64,000 bases of DNA from the human T2T-CHM13v2.0 reference genome, Homo sapiens (GCF_009914755.1 NC_060927.1), one strand, 5' to 3'; shown: positions 1-15,344, counted from the stretch's first letter. Numbers and translations are program-made. Notes: generated by a model from the sequence alone, not told the origin.

Positions 1-215
1 ACACATTGACTGGCACTGAGATTTGGGTATAGGCATTGACTGGGACAAGGCATGAGAAAACTTTTACAGATGGCTGAAATATTCAAAATTATTATCCTGA
101 AAATATTACAATTCTTTACACAATTACATGAAGATATGCATTTTTCAAAAAATCTATGGCATTAAAAGTGTGTATTTTATTTCATGTATATTAAAAAGCT
201 TGATTAAAAAAGCAT
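1..215 (+). mobile_element. Ancient L1ME-type 3' end fragment
   Basis: TTGACTGGGACAAGGCATGAGAAAACTTTT...GATGGCTGAAATATT resembles the L1ME 3' UTR; ends in an A-rich tract. Confidence 0.45.
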
Positions 216-244
216 AACATGCCACACACACACACACAAACATG

Positions 245-930
245 CATCAAAATAGCTAAACTAAAAGGAAATTAAAATACAAAAAACGAGATTCTCACGG
301 ATTGATGATAAAGGTAGAAATTAGTACATCAACTTTACACTGTTTGGATATATCTTATGAAGCTAAATATATGCGTACTCTCTGGCTCAATGTTTACACT
401 CCCAAATATATAATCAACAGAAGGGAGATCATACATTCACCAAAATACATGGAAAAGAATGTTTATTGTACCACTAACTATATTCACCAAAATCTAGAAA
501 CAAGCCAATTGCATGTCAACTGTGGAAAGAATAAATGCATCATGGTATATTCAATGAAATTTAGTACTATATAACAATTAGAATAAACAACCTGCCACTC
601 TACTCCACAGCATGTATGTATATTATAAACTTAATGGTGCCTATTTTTAAAAAGACAGAAATAAAATAACAATATATATTCTACTTCATATAAAGCTCAA
701 AAACTATTTTATAACAGGCTGAATAATTGTTACACACAGCAGGGTAATAATAACTGCAGGTGGGCACACAGGCAATTTTTGTATGTTGCTTCTGAGCTGA
801 ATTTATACAGCTGAATACACTGAATGGAGTGTATTTGTCTTTGGATAATTCATAGAAATATACAATTACTAATTGTGCACTTTCTATATGTAGATTATAA
901 TTTACAGTTCAATAAAATGTTTGCTAAAAC
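245..930 (+). mobile_element. Ancient L1ME-type ORF2 end / 3' UTR fragment
   Basis: Degenerate L1 3' motifs: GAATGTTTATTGTACCACTA, CTAGAAACAAGCCAATTG, CATGGTATATTCAATGAAATTTAGTAC; ends near TTCAATAAAA. Confidence 0.55.
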
Positions 931-1857
931 AAACTAGCAGTGCTTCACACATTCAAAGGGAGGTGAGACTAGTGTATATCACTGTTTTTTGAGAAACTTG
1001 TCTATCTTACTAAGTGAACCTTCTTGAAGTCTGTATTTCCAGAAGTATTTGAAGAAAACTTAATAAATTCATTCCAGAAAAGTGTTTCATAGCATATTTG
1101 GGAACATTCTGTGTTAAAGTACATTTGTTTATAGTCTGCAGAATTTTAATTAGTATCTAATAGTTAATATGCACTTAGATTTTAAATAGATAATGCATTT
1201 ATTATGGAAAATATTATTTTCTAGAGAATGCCTGGAAATATATATTATAAGCAGCTGCTGTAAAGCATTTTTCTATTGTCTGGGCTTAGTAGCCTGTATA
1301 AGCATAAACACCATAAATTCCATTCAGAATGTCTGTCACATTACTGTCCAAATAAGATGATATATTTTGCTTTATTGTTATGATTAGTGTTAAAAAATAG
1401 ATGATGTTATTTTAGATGAAAAAAATCTACTTTAGGGTTAAATACCAACTGTATCTAATAAGGTGTTTTTCAGCGAGTTTCAAGAATAGGCTTTCCCTAG
1501 TAACCAGTTCTTAAGATCACACAGAAGATGGCATACCTGGCAAAGGAAGGCCAGACATTCCTGTTCATAGTGAACAGCTATGATTAAAGTATTTCTCTTA
1601 AATAGAATTATGATGAATAAATAGAAGGGAATCTTTTATTCAGTTACAATGGAAATTTAATCTATAAGAATCTGGAAAATTATTATCTTTCAGAGTTGTT
1701 TGAATTATACTGATAAATGAAGTAAAATCATTTTTAATTGAAAAGATCTTTGAAAGCTAGAAATGAAACCAATTTGTTAACCATTATTTATACTAGTGTT
1801 TACCACAAACCAGTACATTCTACCTTTAAAAGTGAATAGTGCATCACCATTTAAACA

Positions 1858-2010
1858 ATTTTTTAAAAAATAAACAGAGATGGGGTTCTCTGTTGATCAG
1901 GCCAGAGCACAATCATTGTCTGCTGCAGCCTTGAACCCCTGGGCTCAAGTGAGCCTCCCATATTAGTTTCTCAAGTAGCTGGGACAACAGGCATATACCA
2001 CCATGCCTGT
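1858..2010 (-). mobile_element. Old Alu monomer (FLAM/FRAM/AluJ arm)
   Basis: CTGCAGCCTTGAACCCCTGGGCTCAAGTGAGCCTCCCA...AGTAGCTGGGACAACAGGCATATACCACCATGCCTG is antisense Alu. Confidence 0.75.
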
Positions 2011-2589
2011 ATGAAACAATTTTATTAACAAAAATTACTTTAAATAACTAAGCATATCTACTTGAATATGTCAGGTTTTTTTTTTTATTTGAAAAATCTT
2101 CACAAAAATTTAGAGATAATTGTAACCTGGATAATTAAAAAAAAAACAAAAACAAAAACAAAAACTAATTGTCTCCTTTACTTTACTTCGTATATGGCAA
2201 AATAAAAAATATTTTGGGTTACTCAGTGACTTTCCAGAAAATCCCAGTATATTTTGAATGCAAATGATATTTTAACACTTTTATTTATCAAAATTTGAGA
2301 CTTGAATATAAACAACACAATATAAATGTGATCAGAACTGACTTTTTACAGAAAAAAACTAAAATTAGCTAACCTAGCTACTTCATAAATCAATATACCA
2401 ATATGACATTTAACATAAACATATCAGAAGTTAGCACTGAACCATTAATAATTTTTCTCTTCATGCAGTGAAGGATCCTGGTTGTTTTACTTCAAATTGT
2501 TTAGAAGACAAAACATAAAACAGCAGTAATTGACACAACAATTGAACATATTCATACAGGCAAATGACGTTTTTGTTTTTTGAACTATT

Positions 2590-2815
2590 TTTCAGAACTA
2601 TGAAAATTAATACTAGCAAATACTTCTTTTAATTTCTAATAGCATCAAAAACAATGAAACACTTATAGATAAATTTAACAAAGAAGTACAAAATATGTAT
2701 ACCAAGAACTATGAAACATTGTTGAACAAAATTAAAGAAAATTTAGGTAAATGGAAAGTCATATTGACTTAATGAAGTTGAAAACAGTACTGTTTAGATG
2801 GTGATATATCATCCC
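2590..2815 (+). mobile_element. Old L1M ORF2 fragment
   Basis: AATAGCATCAAAAACAATGAAACACTTATAGATAAATTTAACAAAGAAGTACAAAA...AACTATGAAACATTGTTGAACAAAATTAAAGAA matches the post-RT part of ORF2. Confidence 0.6.
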
Positions 2816-2996
2816 CTTACTTAAAACCAAATGTATTCTCATATCATACATAAAAGCATGAAAATATAAGAACAAATATTTCTTAGCTTTGCTAATCGCA
2901 CAATTATTGGAGAAATCTAATTTGTCCAATGATTTATATTAACTAGTAATAGGATCGCAAGGCTTTCCCCATATAGGTAAACTCAAATTCAAAGAC

Positions 2997-5900
2997 TTGA
3001 ATTTTCGCATCAACGTTCATCAGGGATATTGGCCTGAAGTTTTGTTTTCTAGTTATGTCACTGCCAGGTTTTGGTATTCAAGATGATACTGGCCTCACAA
3101 AATGAGCTAAGTATAAGTCTCTTCTTTTCAATTCTTTGGAATAGTTTCAGAAAAATGGTACTAATTCCTCTTTGTACCTCTGGTAAAATGTTGTTGTAAA
3201 TCTGTCTGGTCCTGGGCTTTTCTTTGGTTGGTGGGCCATTTATTACTGCCACAATTTCAGGACTTGTTATTGGTCTATTCAGGGATTCAACTTCTTCCTG
3301 GTTTAGTCTTGGGAGGGTGTATGCATCCAGGAATTTATCCATTTCTTCTAGATTTTCTAGTTTATTTGTGTAGAGGTGTTTATAGTATTCTCTTATGGTT
3401 ATTTATATTTCTGTGGGGTCAGTAGTGATATTCGCTTTATCATTTTTTATTGTGTCTATTTGATTCTTCTCTTTTCTTCTTTATTAGTCTAGGTAGTGGT
3501 CTATTTATTTTTTTATTTTTTATTTTTTTTCAAAAAACCAGCTCATGGATTCATTGATTTTTTTTGAAGGCTTTTTCATGTCTCCATCTCCTTCAGTTCT
3601 GCCCTCATCTGTGTTATTTCTTGTCTTCCGCTAGCTTTTGGATTTGTTTGCTCTCGCTTCTCCTGTTCTTTTTGTTGCAATGTTAGCGTGTCAATTTGAG
3701 ATTTTTCTAGCTTTCTTATGTGGGTATTCAGTGCTATAAATTTTCCTCTTAACACTGCTTTAGCTGTCTCCCAGAGATTCTGGTACCTTGTCTCTTTGTT
3801 CTCATTGGTTTCAAAGAACTTCTTCGTTTCTGCCTTAATTTCATTATTTACCCAGGAGTCATTTACAAGCAAGTTATTCAATTTCCTTGTAACTGTGTGG
3901 TTTTAAGTGAGTTTCTTAAACTTGAGTTCTATTTTGATTGCACTGTGGTTTGAGAGACTGTTTGTTATGATTTTGGTTCTTTTATACTTCTTGAGGATTG
4001 TATTACTTCTAATTATGTGAATAATTTTAGAGTAACTGCCATATGTCACTGAGAAGGCAGTATATGTTGTTGTTTTGGGGCAGCATATGTTGTTGTGTTC
4101 TGTATATATCTCAGTTCCACTAGATCCAGAGCTGAGTTCAAGTCCTGAATATCCGTGTTAATTTTCTGTCTTGACAATTTGTCTAATATTGACAGTGGGA
4201 TGTTAAAATCTCCCTCTATTATTGTGTGGGAGTCTAACTGTCTTTGTAGGTCTCGAATCTGGTGCTTCAGTATTGGGTGCATATATATTTAGGAGTGTTA
4301 GCTCTTCTTGCTGAATTCATCCCTTTACCATTATGGATTGCCTTTCTTTGTCTTTCTTGATCTTTGTTGGTTTAAAGTCTGTTTTGCCAGAAAGTAGGAT
4401 TGCAAACTCTGCTTTTTTCTGCTTTCCATTTGCTTGGTAGATCTTCCTCCATCCCTTTATTTTGAGCTTATGTGTGTCTTTGCATGCAAGATGGGTTTCT
4501 TGAATATAGCACACCAATGGGCCCTGACTCTTTATCCAACTTGCCACTCTGTGTTTTTTAATTAGGGCATTCAGCCCATTTACATTTAAGGTTATGTGTG
4601 TATTTTATCCTGAAATCATGCTATCTGGTTATTTTGCACACTAGTTGATGCAGTTTCTTCATAGTGTCGTTGGTCTTTGTACTTCAGTGTGTTTTTGCCA
4701 TGGTTAGTACCAGTTTTTTCTTTCCATATTTAGTGTTTTCTTCTGATCTGTTGCAAGGCAGCACTGGTGGTGACAGATTCCCTCAGCATTTGCTTGTCTG
4801 AAAAGGATTTTATATCTCCTCTCCTTATGAAGCTTAGTTTGTCTGGATATGCAGTGCTTGGTTGGAAATTCTTTTCTTTAAGAATGCTGAATATTGGCCC
4901 CCACTCTCTTCTGGCTTGTAAGGTTTCTGCTGAGAGGTCCACTGTTAGTCTGAATAGCTTCCCTTTGTAGGTAACCTGGCCTTTCTCTCTGGCTGATCTT
5001 AACATTTTTTTTCCTTCATGTCGACCTTAGAGAAGCTGATGATTACGTGTCTTTGGGTTGATCTTCTTGTGGAGCACCTTACTAGGGTTATCTAGATTTC
5101 CTGAATTTGAATGTTGTTCTGTCTTTCTAGCTTGAGGAACTTCTCCTGGATGATAGCCTGAAGTCTGTATTCCAACTTGATTTTACTCTCCCTATCTTTT
5201 TCAGGTACTCCGATCAGTCGTAAATTCAGTCTTTTTACATAGTCCCATAGTTCTTGGAGATTTTGTTTGATCCTTTTAATTCTTTTTTCTCTAATCTTGT
5301 TTGCCTATCTTATTTCAGCAAGACTGTCTTCCAGTTCTAATATTCATTCTTCTGCTTTATTGATTCACCTATTGACACTAGTGTTTGCATCACAAAGTTG
5401 TCATGCTGTGTTTTTCAGCTCCATCATGTCATTTATGTTCCTCTCTAAGCCAGTTATTTCTAGTTAGCAGCTCCTGTAACCTTTTATCATGGTTCTTAGC
5501 TTGTTTGCATTGGGTTAGAACATGCTCCTTTATCTTAGAAAAGTTTGTTATTACCCATCTTCTGAAGCCTACTTCTGTCAATTTGTCTCTCTCATCCTCC
5601 TTTCAGTTCTGTACCCTTGCTGGAGAGGTGGTGTGATCATTTGAAAGGGAAGAGGCACTCTGGCCTTTTGTGGTTTGAGCATTTTTTTCATTGATTCTTT
5701 CTCAAGTTCATGAGTTTGTCTTGTTTCAATCTTTGAAGCTGCTGACCTTTGGATAGGGTTTTTCTAGGGACTTTGTTGTTGCTGTTGTTGTTGCTTTCTG
5801 TTTGTTTATTTGTTTGTTTTTCAACAGTCAGATCCATCTTCTCTAAGCCTGCTGCAGTTTGCTGGGGGTTCCCTTCAGGCTCTATTCATCTGTGTCCCTC

Positions 5901-7040
5901 CTGCACCTGGGGACGTCCCCTGAGGAGGCTGAAGAACAGCAAAGATGGGTGCCTCCTTCATCCTCTGGGATCTCTGTCCTCCAGGGGCATTGACCCAATG
6001 GCAGTAGGAACTCTCCTGTATAAGGTGTCTGGTGACCCCTGATAGGGCGTCTCACTCATTCCGGGGGCATGGGATCCAGGACCTGCTTTAGAAAGCACTG
6101 TGGCTGTCCCTGGGTGAAGGGGGTGTGCTGCACTGGGGGAAACCTGCTCATCTGTGCTGCCTGGATTCCTCAGTGCTAGCAAGGGGAAAGACTAAGTCTG
6201 CTGGTCCGTGATCATGGCCACCCCTCTCCGTAGGGGCTCAGGCCAAGGGAGATAAGAATTCTGTCCCTACTCCCCTGGCTGGACTTGCTGGAGCTCCTGC
6301 AGGGAGGCCTCATCCAGTGAGGAAGGTTGGGTTAGGGTCCGGCCTGACGAGGAAGTCTGACCACAGTCCGCCACAGCCGGTGTGCTACGTTGTGTGGAAT
6401 ACCTCTTGGGATTAAGCTGTCCAGTCTCTTCAGCACCAGCAGGGAATAAAACAGCCACCTGGAGCTGTAGTGATGGGTGCTGCCCTTCTCTCCCAAGAGT
6501 TCAGTATCTTAGGCAGCTAGCAGCCACTGTGATGGCTGTCATCCCTCCCGCAAGATGCTCAGTTTTCTTATGCAGCTGGCAGTAGCAGTAATGATGGCTG
6601 CCCCTCCTGGACAATTGGTAGCCTTAGACAGAATTGTAGCCTTAGACAGAATCCAGCCAAGTGGCTGTTGAGAATCTGTGTGGCTCTGGGGTGGGGATTA
6701 AAGGCCCTGGTTGTATGGGCTCATGAGTGGGATCTCCTGATTTGTGGGCTGCATAGATCCATGGAAAAAGCACTTTTTCCCAGTCTCAGTAGCACGCTCA
6801 CTCACCACCTCCCTTGGCTGGGGATGGGAGCTCCCCTTGCCCCACGTGGCTCTCAGGTGGACTGACATACCACCCTGCTTTTTCTTGTTTTTCGTGGGTC
6901 ACACTAACTGCCTAGTCAGTCCTTATGATAAAACCTGGATACCTCAGTTGCCGGTGCAGGATTTGCATGCTGTTTTGGTTCTTCTCAGTGCAAGCCTCCA
7001 ACCACAGCAGCTTCTAGTCTGCCATCTTGGTCCCACCTCT
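2997..7040 (-). mobile_element. LINE-1 5' half (5' UTR, ORF1, ORF2 endonuclease to start of RT), L1PA12/13-like, lacking its 3' half
   Basis: Minus-strand start AGAGGTGGGACCAAGATGGCAGACTAGAAG; ORF1 remnant MLRSAREKGQVTYKGKLFRLTVDLSAETLQARREWGPIF; ORF2 remnants [46 protein letters not shown]; many stops and frameshifts. Confidence 0.92.
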
Positions 7041-7067
7041 AAAATATTTTTGATTATGGCATAAATC

Positions 7068-7441
7068 TGTGTTAGTTCATTCTCAAGCTGCTAATAAAGA
7101 CATACCTGAGACTGGATAATTTATAAAGGAAAGAGGTTTAACTGACTCACACTTTAGCATGGCTAGGGAGGCCTCAGGACACGTACAATCTTGGTGAAGG
7201 CGAAGCAAACACATGTCCTTCCTCGCATGATGGCAGGAAGGAGAAGAATAAAAGACATGGGGAAAGCCCGTTATAAAACCTTCAGCTCTTCTGAGAACTT
7301 ACTCACTATCACAAGAATAGCATAAGGGAAATCACCGCATGATTCAATTACCTCCCATCTGGTCCCTCCCATGACACTTCGGGATTATGGGAGCTACAAT
7401 TCAAGGTGAGATTTGAGTGGAGATACACCCAAACCATATCA
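7068..7441 (-). mobile_element. THE1 (MaLR) solo LTR, THE1C/D-like
   Basis: TGT...CAAACCATATCA termini; GCTGCTAATAAAGACATACCTGAGACTGG; near-TSD AAATC/AAATT. Confidence 0.93.
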
Positions 7442-7449
7442 AAATTTAA

Positions 7450-9270
7450 TCTTGTCGTGAGGCTTTTTTATATATCACATTTTATCTAATATATTTTCAT
7501 CAATGAAACTGGCATATTATTCTCTTTTCTCAAAATATACTTGCCAAGTTTTTATATCAAGTTAGCTCTGGAATCATAAATCGAGGAGAGTTTTATATTT
7601 TCCACTTCTTTGGATATATTTGCATGACATTAACAATAATTAATTCTTACTTCATTGTACAATTTATCAGTAAAGCCATCTGGGACTGATATTTTCTTCA
7701 AGGAATATTTTTATTAAATATTTAATTTTATAATAAACAGGCTTATTATATTTTGTTCCAATCTTATTTTTTAATAATATGTTTATTTAATCTAAATTTT
7801 CAAAGATATTGGCTCAATTTTTCTCTAATATTGTTTTTCTGTCTTTTCACTATCAGGAAGATATGTAGTAACACCTTTTTTTTTTTCTTGATATTACTCA
7901 ATGCTTGCTCTTTTCAATTGCCAATCTCATTAATGTTATTAGTTTTTTGAATATACCAACTTTTGGCCTTTTTATTCTATTTTATTGTTATATTCCCTTT
8001 TATTAATATCTGACCTTGTTTTTATTATTTCTTTTATTCTATTATTCTATTACATTATTCCACTATTCTTTTCTGTGGTTAATTTTGCTCTTTATTACTA
8101 CCTTCTGGGAAGGATGATTGCTTCAATTATTTTTAGCCTATTTTTGCAATCTGTGAATTTAAGGCTATACATTTTCCTACAAGAATATCTTTAGAAGATA
8201 CAATAAGCCATATTTTTTAATGCAACTATTATCAGGTCAGGATATTTTTTAATTCTCATCACTGTTTCTTCACTGTACATGAGCTTTGTGGCCTTGTCCT
8301 TTTCATCATCTTTTGAAAACTCTCACCATTATCTCCTTGGGTATTTTTACCTTCTCTTCTTTCTTTAACTCCATATACACTTGATCTCTAAGTCTCTTTT
8401 CAATATTACCTATATTTATTCTGTTCTTTTTTGTATTTTCATTATTCTGTGATTTTGAAATTTGTATGATTATTTTCTTGTAATATTTTCAAGTTTACTA
8501 CATTCTCCTCGGTGAACTCTAATTAGCTGTCAAACACCTTCATTCAAGTTTTAATTTTTCTGTTGTAGAATTTTGGTTTGCTCTTTAGGAGCTTCCAGTC
8601 CTCTATGAGCTTTTTCAGTATTTTATAGTCTTACACATATTAATAATATCTACTGAAGCTTCTGCCTCGTGAGCCTGTTTTCTTGCTCTATAAATTTCTT
8701 TTATCTGTGGTTTCTCTTTGTTTTAAATGCATATGGTCCTTTTTTGGGGGGGGGCAGGGTTGATTAATTTTCATATATGTACAAAAATTAAAGAAAAAAA
8801 CCCTGAGGTCTGGATAATATTTTTATTTGAGAATTTACATTTATATCTTAGAAGCTGCTTAAGTAACTGAAGCTTCATATCAGTCTCTCCATCAACTTTA
8901 CTTTTGGTTTTCTTTGCCACTAAATTGTGGCCTCTCATGTTCCCTGCTCAAAGTACACAGTTTCATAATTTTTCTATATTTGCAGTCTAACTGTATTCCT
9001 CCTATTCCTACCAGACACTCAAAAGTTTCAACTAGATTCTTAACCTCTGATCAATTAGTTTATTTTTGAAATGAAAGATTCCCATACAAGAAAGACAGAC
9101 TCAATGCTAGGCTCACCCTTATAAATTTATATGTTAGTCTCAAATCTTGTCATCTTTGCTGCTTTCTTAACTCTCAGATTCTTTGCATCAATATTTTAAC
9201 AATCTTGGTCAGCTTTTCTGGTTGTTGTCAGTGGGAATTTTTTATTCAAATCAACAAATACACTAACCCT
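7450..9270 (-). mobile_element. Ancient L1M remnants (ORF2 to ORF1/5' region)
   Basis: TTCATCAATGAAACTGGC, CAGTAAAGCCATCTGGGACTG and TTTTGAAAACTCTCACCATTATCTC are antisense L1M motifs; T-rich strand bias. Confidence 0.6.
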
Positions 9271-9329
9271 ATATAGCAGAATCCCTGAATCACCCTATTT
9301 TAGCTAAATTACCGTTTTTTTTCAATCCA

Positions 9330-9671
9330 GGTGAGGCCACATATCTAAAGAGATGTATGAAGAAGGGATATGTGTAAATTCTAGCCCCTGTATTGAAGTA
9401 AGAATGTTCTTATCTTTTTTACTCTTTCCTCCTAAAATCTAGGCAGGGCAGTAACACAGCTTTGGCCATGCACATGGGGAAAGCACCCTTAACTGATACT
9501 GTGAAGAAACAACATAGAAGAAAACCGTGCCTTATTTGACCTTGTAGAATATAATCTGATTGCTCATCTCTAGACTACAATGTGGGTAGGTAATGCAATT
9601 GTATAGATTTACAATAGTACATGTTGAGATGTTCTCTTTACAACAGCTTGGTCTTTAATCAAATAAATACA
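9330..9671 (+). mobile_element. Degenerate MLT1-type LTR fragment
   Basis: Ends TTTACAACAGCTTGG...AATAAATACA like old MLT1 3' termini; heavily diverged. Confidence 0.35.
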
Positions 9672-9699
9672 ACATCCAGATAGAATGCTGAGTAGGGGA

Positions 9700-10990
9700 C
9701 TGAGTATCTTTCTGCAGTTCACAAAAGAGGTCTGCACTGGAGATAGAAATGCAAGAACCATCATATCTAGAGCTTATTTAATGCCATAATGCTGAACGAT
9801 ATAACAGATACTATATCATTCTTCTATATGTATCTACATACAGAAGAAAACCAGTCATTCATCCATGGGACATATAAAAATTGAGTTGAGTACAAATAAA
9901 CACAAAGGTTTGAGAAGAAAAGGCATTTGAGATTAAAGGAGACACAAGACTCAGGATATCTCAGTATCCAAAGGAAGAAGTTTAAAAAAGGGGGGTATGT
10001 CGACAGTATCAAATGTTGCTGAAACAACTGTATAAAAATAAATCATAAATTTCACGTGAGGATCATTAATTATATTGTTATGTGCTGTTTATTTTAACAA
10101 AATGGTAGCCTGCAAACCTGATGGGCATTGATTAATAAAAGTATAAGAATAAGGAAAATGGAGAAAGCTGTCAATATCATTCTTTTGAAGAGTTTTAGTG
10201 CTAATGTGAGCAGAGGGACAAGACAGGTCTTGGAAGAGGAGGTGGTTTTAAAGAATATTTTCCATTAAATACAGCTGACATCATGTTCTATAAACTGATG
10301 TTCTAAAACTGATGGGGATAACACATACAAAAAGGGAATAGTTGAGGAGTAGTCTTTGGTTAGATAGGAAAGGTTCATTGTTTTAATAGAAGGAAAATAA
10401 AGTTTATGAATAGCAGATGGAGGTATATTGTAGGCTTAATAATGAAGATATAGAAAAAATCTTTTATGATTGTTGTTACTCTTTTAGAAAATAAGAATAA
10501 AGGTAAATATTTGAGATAAAGCAGGGAGGAATAGATGTTGGAGGTTGGAGAAGAATGGGGAAAATATTAAAGAGTAAAATAGGCGATTAAAACAGCTGAG
10601 AAACTAAGGAATACACACAAGCTTCTAGGCTTTTAGACTACTTGAAATTATATGGGCAGGAACTTATAGTAAAACCAACATTTTCTATTTTTTCCCTAGA
10701 TAGAATTTGAGAGGAATAATAGATTTAATCAGGTTAGGATTTTTGCCAGTTTAGTAGAATGTTTGGAGCAAGGGACAAAGAAGCTGTTGATAGACTCAAT
10801 GTAATGATGGACAACAGAATCTAAGTCAGGATTTTTTTAAAAGCAGGGATTTGAGGAGAATCAGAAAGACTAAAAAGTGGCATATCCAAGATTGGACATC
10901 CTGATTGAGTCAAGAAATGATTGGATTCAGAGTCTTGGAACCAGATAAGGTAAACGAGAAAAATAAAAGACAATGGTTAGAAAGGATAAT
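9700..10990 (-). mobile_element. L2 fragments
   Basis: GCAGTTCACAAAAGAGGTCTGCACTGGAGATAGAAAT and GTATCAAATGTTGCTGA are typical antisense L2; purine-rich top strand. Confidence 0.5.
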
Positions 10991-13257
10991 CTGCAACAGT
11001 GCATGCAAATGTCAAATGTAACATGAGATTCAACTTTCAATTTATTTTTAGTGATGTATACTTAGTATTTCCAACAGATTAATTGATGGCCTAGGTTTGG
11101 GGTGTTCTGATAAAGTTTTTATCTTCTGTTTTATTTCTTAAGGTATTTTAATTGACATATGAAAATGGTAAAACATATGACTTCTAAATAGATGACATCT
11201 TCACAGAGAAATCTTTTTCAATATTTATTTTTATATAAAGCAAAACTGGTTCAGTTTTTAAGCATAATTTTCATATATTTAACTCTGTAATTTTCATTCA
11301 GATTTTGTTCTTCCTTTCCTCTTTAGCAACTTCACAATTTATATTTCACATAGACAGGAAGTTCTTTTTCAACTCACTATGATTTTTCATGTAAATTAAT
11401 CATATGAATTATTATTCTTATTATTATACAAAGGAATGATACCATTCCTTTGAATATAGCTATTTGTTCACTCTGGATTTTTTATGATCTGACTTTTGCA
11501 ATCTTATGATCTTTGAATTTGTTCTTATGATAAGCTTGATAAAAATAATATACATTTATGATAATATATAAATAATGAAGTATGCTAATCAAGACGTCCA
11601 TAGGCTTTTATTTCTTTATTTTATATTTATAAGAATAATAATGTGGAATTTCTGTCTCATAAAATGACTCAGCCTACTCCTGAAATATTATTATTCAGGC
11701 ATTGTAAGACACTTTGTCACAGCATGCCTGCACTCATATATCATATTACATTTTATATGAAAATTGTAATCAAGCCATTGGTATTAAAGAGTTTCCCAAA
11801 TTAGAAATGCAAAATATGCTTCAGATTATAAAACTCCTTCTTGAAAAGATTGGACCAGAGACAGGCTGTTCTCTTCAGTACCTTTCCTTACGCCTTTAAA
11901 GTTTAGATATCTAGCCAGTAATAACGTTCTGTGTCTTCTCAAAAGAGGCTCTTCAGTAACTTAATAGATTAGTGATGGGATTCAATGCTACCTGGTACTT
12001 TGCCTTTAATGCTATTCTTTCCATTTTACTTCATATCTCTGAAATTGCTTCCGACACCCATCAGCATGTCAATTAACTTTTCTATTTCTACTCTGTTTAG
12101 GTGTATTATTGAGTTTTATGTTCCCTTCTAATCATAAACAGCATAATTAGTACAAATTTCCCATTTTACATAATCTCTAAATTATAGCTGCAATTAAAAT
12201 AAAAATGCTCATTTTTAAGGAATCTTGAGGTAATGTATGTAAGGGTGAAAGATAACAGGATTAGTGACAAAAGAGTAGAAAATATGTGTTTCCAGGCTCA
12301 GGAAAATGTGATCTAGCTGTAAGGGTTTACCTTGCAGAGTTCTAATGCTAGCACATTAGATGGAAATCAATTACAGTGAATGCTGTATGGGGTGTATGTG
12401 TGCTGTGGGGGGCAGTGTGGTGGTGGGTCATTATCAAACAGAAGAATTGTATAGGCTGACTAGATCTGACCTTTAATCTCAACATAAGCTTCCCATATGA
12501 TTAAACAGATCCACTTTTCCGATTTTTTTTGCAATGGATTGTCAGGTCTTTTTCCTTCTTGTTATTTTTATCCCACGAATGTTATTTTATCGTCTTCAAT
12601 TACATTAATGTTTTAACTTATATTTTATTATTGCTCTATCTTTTTGAAGTAAAATATATTTCCAGCTTTGATGGCAACTGTACATTTCATTAACATCCTT
12701 CTAAACTTTTGAACCATAACAATTGTGAAGTGTTAATACAGCATCACCTATAAATGATCTGAAACTATTATTTGGGGATATACCTCTTAGTTATGAGTTC
12801 AAATCCATTTGCCAAGCCAATTAAATAATAATGTATAATTCAAGTAGTTTTTCACAAATAAATGTAAAAGTTATTGGAGCAATATCTTAAAATTGATTAG
12901 TCCATGACTGATTACTTCTTTGTTCAATTTGTATAATATTCTCTTGGTTGTTATTTAACTAGATTCATAATAGTATCCTTTATTATCATTTTAATGCTTT
13001 TTTAATTTGGGATGTTTTTAAATTTCATCTTAAATAATTTAACTAAATTATATGTAAGAATCTCGTCAGCATGTCATTGTCATGTACATGAAGTAAATGT
13101 CCCCCAAAGTTATTTTTCTTAGCATTATATCTTCATGTATCTTAGCATTATGTTTTTAAAATAATATTATTCTATTTCCAAAAATATAGTAAATTTCTTA
13201 ACTATGTCCACTTAAAAGTTTACCCCTATTAACTAATGATTAAAATTTTCTGTTTTA

Positions 13258-13718
<461 letters not shown>

Positions 13719-15344
13719 CTATTCTCTAAAAAAATTCATGCTTTTACACCTGTTAGTTGTTACATGCCAACAGTTGTGTCTATTCCTGAAATGGATCCTA
13801 TGAAGCATGGTATAATTATTTAGTTCAAACTAATATTCTGTAGCTGCCTTAAACATAAGTGTGAAAATGAAGAGAACATGGATTTTAAGGCAAACCTAGT
13901 TGAGTTCCTAGAAATGACCTATAAAGTCAAGAGGCTGGATAACTTTCTGACATATTTAGTGTGAATGAAGAGACTGAGAGTTTGGGAAATTAAGTATTAC
14001 TATTCAGTGTTATTTTCCACTAAATTTGCTTTTTAACTGTCAAGAATCCAGAACCTTTATGTCCACACTGAAGAATCTGCAACTGGAAACCAAGAAACTG
14101 TGCATTTCAGGCTGTAGTTTATGGCAGAGAAGGCAATCCCTCTCAATGAGCTGATATTTAAAGAAATTATAACCACCACATGGAAAATGTCCATATTTCA
14201 GTTGACCTGTAATACAAATTAAATCATACTGAATTTTTTAAAAGTAATTACGAATGAGTTCTTATTTCCATGGCAAACATTTATGGTTAGTGCCAAATAA
14301 GGATAGTTTGAATTAAAAATAAACAGAATGTACAGAAGAGAGAATGAAGAAGTCAGCAGCATTTGTCAGATTGCTCTAAACTCATTGCCTAAAACAGAAA
14401 CCAAAAATATCACTGATGACAGTGAAATGACTGAAAGGTAAGCACAATTCGATGTTGTATTTTTAAAAGCCATCACTTATTCAAAGGTAGAATTCAAAAA
14501 TTAAAGGTGATTTTTCATTTGGAAATTAATGGCAGAAAAAATTAAGATATTCTCCTTGTAAGAAACAGAAAGATCAAAAAGTCAGAGGCACAAATCTCCT
14601 CCTCCCAGAAAGAGAGAAAAACAGACACATACACATTCACACATTGAAAAGACTGTATTTTGCTACTTGAAGAACAGAGTGCCCTTCAGCTAAGAATGTG
14701 GTAGGTTGCTCTAAATTGTCACATGCACGCACACACATGCACACACACATAGGTGACTAAGTATATATAATACCGCTACAACAGGAAATTAGAGTAAAAA
14801 CACATTACTTGTTGATAATTATTTCCCCTAAAACATTATAAAGAAAAATTAAACTGCATTTAAATATTACAAAATAAAATACATATCGCATATTTGAGGA
14901 TATTTAAAAACCATGTTTCAGGAGTTCTAAAATTAAAAATATAAACAGACAAAAATATGACATGAAAAGAGACTTGATTAAAATCCGAAAAGGTATGAAA
15001 GGAAATCAGAATATTCCTGAAAAACAAAAATTAGGGAGCTATAAACCACAAGCCACCTTAGTAAGGAATATTTCTAAAGGGGTAGAAAAGCAATAAAGAC
15101 ATGAACACGAGATAAAGAGCATTACAAATGTTTCAGAAAGAAAACTATCAAAAGAGAAAAAAAGGCAAAATGAAAATATAAAGAAAATTTGAGTTTCTGA
15201 AAAATATTTTTAAAGTGTGAAATAGAAGTTGTTTTTAAAAAATATAATTTTAAAAAAGCTTTCTTTAAATAAAAAGGGAAAATCTTTATATTGAGAGTAC
15301 CCACAAGATGCTTGACATTGACATAGAATGATCAATTTGCTGTT

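Noticed and set aside
5640-7040. GC-rich promoter-like segment
   Set aside because: CpG-depleted L1PA 5' UTR; no evidence for a host gene promoter
4057-10315. Small 15-25 bp tandem duplications at ~4057-4100, ~6618-6652 and ~10283-10315
   Set aside because: Ordinary slippage events inside old repeats; no further structure
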